A stretch of DNA of 61,049 bases, the filler included. It is 6 parts of 6 records of this genome, joined end to end, with 100 filler letters (N's around TTAATTAATTAA, not from the genome) between each part and the next. Parts side by side here need not be neighbours in the genome. Positions count along the whole stretch, not along the records: positions 45,418 to 61,049 come from DRR378314_1200; 5 more parts are not named here. The stretch is one strand, 5' to 3'. Below the pieces are notes generated by a model. It had not been told where the DNA came from. It searched no databases and saw only the letters and a program-made list of their open reading frames with translations. Position numbers and translations under genes: made by a program. Positions 58,001 to 61,049 of the stretch are shown one piece after another; the stretch's first letter is position 1, and each line of letters opens with the position of its first letter.

Positions 58001-58984
58001 TACAACTCGACGGTGAACTACGTTACTCCCGGGGTGCAGCACAAGGTCACCGTGCTCGAGCACGGGAAACTGCAGGTCATGATTCCTGTGGAGTGCACAG
58101 CATCGAGCAGTGCGGAAAAGCAAGCGGGTACATCAAAGGCGGGTGCGCGTGGTGCAGAGGCGGTGGCGGCGACCGCGGCGGCAGCGGCGGGGCGCGGCGG
58201 CTCGTCGGCGGCAGCGCGCGGGGCGCGGCGCGGGCAAGGGCGCAAGGGCGCAGCGACTGCGCGCAGTGCTGGATCGAATCAGGGCGCAGACGAGGACTTC
58301 AGCGCGGCGTTCCACGTGGTGGGCGAAAGCGAGGATGTCTGCGACGAGGAGGACGACGATGACGACGGCATTGTCATGTCGCAGCTGGACCAGGCCGAGC
58401 AAGCTGCCGTCCGTCTGACGCCGGTGGAGCGCGAGCTTCACAGCGCGCTATCCGCTCTGCGGCAGGAGCTGCAGGTGAAGCTCAAGGGCGTCCGCGTGAT
58501 CGACATTATCCCGAACATGACGATGCTCGAGATCGCAAAGCGCATGCCTGTGACCCTGCACCAGCTCGAGATGATCGACGGTATGAACGACACCCGTCTG
58601 CGCAATGCAGCCGACGGCGTGCTCGCGGTCGTGCGCGATTTTTGCCGGCGCAAGGGGCTTCCCATCGACGAGGACGCGAGCAACAGTGACGGCCGCGAGC
58701 CGTTTGCGGGTTCGCTGCACGGCAGTCCGCACCCCACGGCCGCGATCGAGGCGCGCGCGTACGCTCCCGCTGCGAGCAGCGCGCCGCCCGCACAGGGCAA
58801 GTCGCCGTACTTCCGGCAGTCCGTTCGCACGCCGCTCGCCACCGTCACGTCGGGTGCGGTTGGCAATGCTGCGGCGGACGATCACGATGCGTTCCTTGTG
58901 CACAGTATTGACTCGGAGGGCTCGCAGTCGCAGCCTATTCTGGCCACCGTGTGTCATGCGGAGAAGCGGCGGCGCGTCGGATAG
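55016..58984 (+). CDS. RecQ-family DNA helicase, BLM/Sgs1 type (helicase, RQC, HRDC); true start upstream and unresolved
   Basis: Exon 55016-55174 is in phase with a 3506-nt exon 55479-58984. Motif 0 [68 protein letters not shown], Zn site CRR...C..TCDNC, and HRDC-like [13 protein letters not shown]...IAKRMP. Confidence 0.95.
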
Positions 58985-59611
58985 CGCGCGCGCGGCTGAG
59001 CAGCCGCTTTTGTCGCAGTGCGGTAAAGGAGAGCTGCGTGTTCTCGCGCTGCGTGCAAGCAGTGCGTTCCGCCTGCAGCGGCGTTGCTGTCGCCGGCCGT
59101 CGTGCTTCGCCCTGGGGGGGGGGGCGGAGAAGAAACGGCCGGCTTGGGGGATCGTGCGATGGGAGTAAGGCTGCGCGGCGCGGCGCGGCGAAGCGAAGTT
59201 GCATTCATTCGTCCCAACAGAAATACAAGAGCAGTCCAAGCGTTTCCCCTCGATAGTGAGTCGCGCTGATCGAGGATAATACAAATACATAACGGGAACC
59301 GCTTTCACATCGAGGCGGAGGAGGCGCAACGCAGCGCAGGGTCGTGTTGCGCGCGAAAGGACACACGAGCGCCAAACTCAGATCGGCATCGCGTGAAATC
59401 TCACAACAGAAAGCGGCACCGAGCGGAAATCGTCCGCGCAACGGCAACGCTCGCATCCACCGCCATTGCACACGAAACGCACGGCACACCCCTCGCCGCC
59501 CCCACAATTTCTCGAAGCGGCTACACAAAAAGGCTCGTGCAAGAGGAGCTGGCCTGCAGCAGCTTGGTCAGCACAATGGCTTGTTGGAGAGACGTGTAGC
59601 CTCCCGCAATG

Positions 59612-61049
59612 TTACAGCTCTTCTTGCGAAGAGGATCCGGCCGTCCGGATGTGCGAGCCGAACGCCGACGGCCGTCGCCAGTCGCTCGACGGCAGCGACA
59701 TGCGGCGCATCGCGCGCGCACGCTGCCACATTTCGCTGTCGAGCGACGATCGGCGCGACAACCCGCCGCCAGAGCCGCCCGGGCCGCCGCCGGCGTAAAC
59801 TTCTTCCATGCTTGCCGCGCCGCCGTGCATCATGCCGCCGCCGCCGCCGCCGTACATCATGTGGTGCGCGCCCGGCGCGCCGCCAGCGTGCATACCCGCC
59901 GACGCGTACGAGAGCCCATACGGAGCCGAAGGTCCTGGAACGCGAAAGCAATCGCCCACCACGCGCACACAAAAGCCAGAGCGCAATAGAGTGAGCCCAA
60001 GAACTCGCAGGATCCACTATGAAGACGAGAGAAACGCGACGATGCAGCGATGGCGCGCAAGGACAATCGCGCGGGCTCGGCGCTCGCAGCGTTCCACGCC
60101 ACGCGCGCTCCCGGCGCGTACGAACTTCCTCGGCAAACCTACCCAGCACACAAATTCCGCCCACACAGCGCTAGCACAATACAACCCCGACTTCCTCGGG
60201 CGCCATTACGACATGCCTGTGGGGCACATTGCTACGCAAAAAGGGGGAACAACCACATCCACGCTTGCATCTACGAACCGGTGCGAAGTCGGCCCGCGAG
60301 CTCGGGGATGCGGCAAGCAGGGAGCCCGAGTACGCGCTCACTCCGCAGGCAACCGCACAGCGGAAACGGGCTGAACACCCGCAAGAAAGACGTACCTCGG
60401 TGCATCCGACCACCACCCATACCCATGCCCATGCCGGCACTCTCGTCCAGCACAGAGAAGGCAGACTGAGGGCGATGGAGACCACGCGCATCCGGTCCCC
60501 CGCGCGCTACCGCCTGCTGCCAGCGCTGGCGCGCGTTCGCCACCTGCGCGTTGGCATACGAGAACTCGCCCGCGTCGTCCGCGGCGTTGCCGCCCGGCGC
60601 GTCCTCGCCGCCCATGCTGTCGCCGCCGCGGCTTCCGTCGTCCGCGCTGGCACGGCCTGCGCTGTCGCCCCGGCTCGCACGGTCACCGTCTGCGTCCTCC
60701 GGCTCGTCGACATCGTCTCCTGGAGACTGCGGTCGATCGTCGGGGATGAACTCGTGCTCTCCGTCATTGGCGTAATGGTACGCGGCCGCTGAGCGCGCCG
60801 TGCGCGCCGAGCGGGCGGAAAACTGTGACATCTGGCCGCCGTAGTGCGATCCGAATCCGTGTGTCATACCCATGCCGCCGCCGCCGCCCATGCCCATGTC
60901 GTACCCGCCGCCCATGTCGTACCCATTGCCCATGCCGTACCCCATTCCCATCGCAGGGCCGCCATGCGAATACACCGACGCATGCGACGCGACGCGCGGC
61001 ATGCCGCCGCCGTCCGGGGCCCACCCCGCCGGGCCCGGCAGCGCAAACG
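59612..61049 (-). CDS. Gly/Met/Tyr-rich low-complexity C-terminus of an unidentified protein, 5'-partial
   Basis: Open frame from the window edge to 60396, phase-1 GT-AG intron 60395-59935, terminal exon ending ...SSSQEEL* at 59612. Confidence 0.6.

Noticed and set aside
6537..61049. Hundreds of 60-290-aa ORFs in the eukaryotic contigs; CRISPR arrays, transposases, rRNA or snRNA
   Set aside because: The short ORFs are GC-rich chance frames or exon read-throughs. No regularly spaced repeats, transposase or integrase motifs, or recognisable rRNA/snRNA signatures were seen by eye; an Infernal/Rfam scan would be needed to exclude small ncRNAs.

Overview
The window is not one chromosome. It is six contigs joined by five identical artificial 100-nt spacers (44 N + TTAATTAATTAA + 44 N) at 6437-6536, 15157-15256, 22786-22885, 38220-38319 and 45318-45417. 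Contigs 1 (1-6436) and 3 (15257-22785) are gene-dense bacterial DNA of Roseobacter/Rhodobacteraceae type. Contig 1 carries a GlsB/OlsB-like acyltransferase, bamE, yceD, rpmF, plsX, fabH, ihfA, a long MerR/ZapT-like gene and a truncated tRNA-Pro. Contig 3 carries the 3' end of rnr, a GST divergent from a WYL regulator, a lytic transglycosylase, a class III aminotransferase, GntR, potF and partial potG. Contigs 2, 4, 5 and 6 come from an intron-rich eukaryote, probably one protist, whose genes the ORF track fragments. Manual splicing recovers SPRTN/Spartan, a four-RRM protein, an SDMT-like methyltransferase, a Bax-inhibitor/Lifeguard protein, a GH31 glycosidase, Kelch and Sel1 proteins, NDUFA12/NDUFAF2-like and AROS-like genes, and a BLM/Sgs1-type RecQ helicase. 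No CRISPR array, transposase, integrase or rRNA was seen. The best leads are: (i) the ZapT-like MerR protein with a ~350-aa acidic linker carrying an FtsZ-tail-like LPAFLRR motif; (ii) the WYL-GST divergon with a PafBC-like promoter geometry; (iii) the four-RRM protein with an atypical WVGW RNP2; (iv) an RGG insertion in the RecQ Zn-binding domain; and (v) a bacterial-like methyltransferase with introns. All family calls come from motif recognition by eye; no database search was run.
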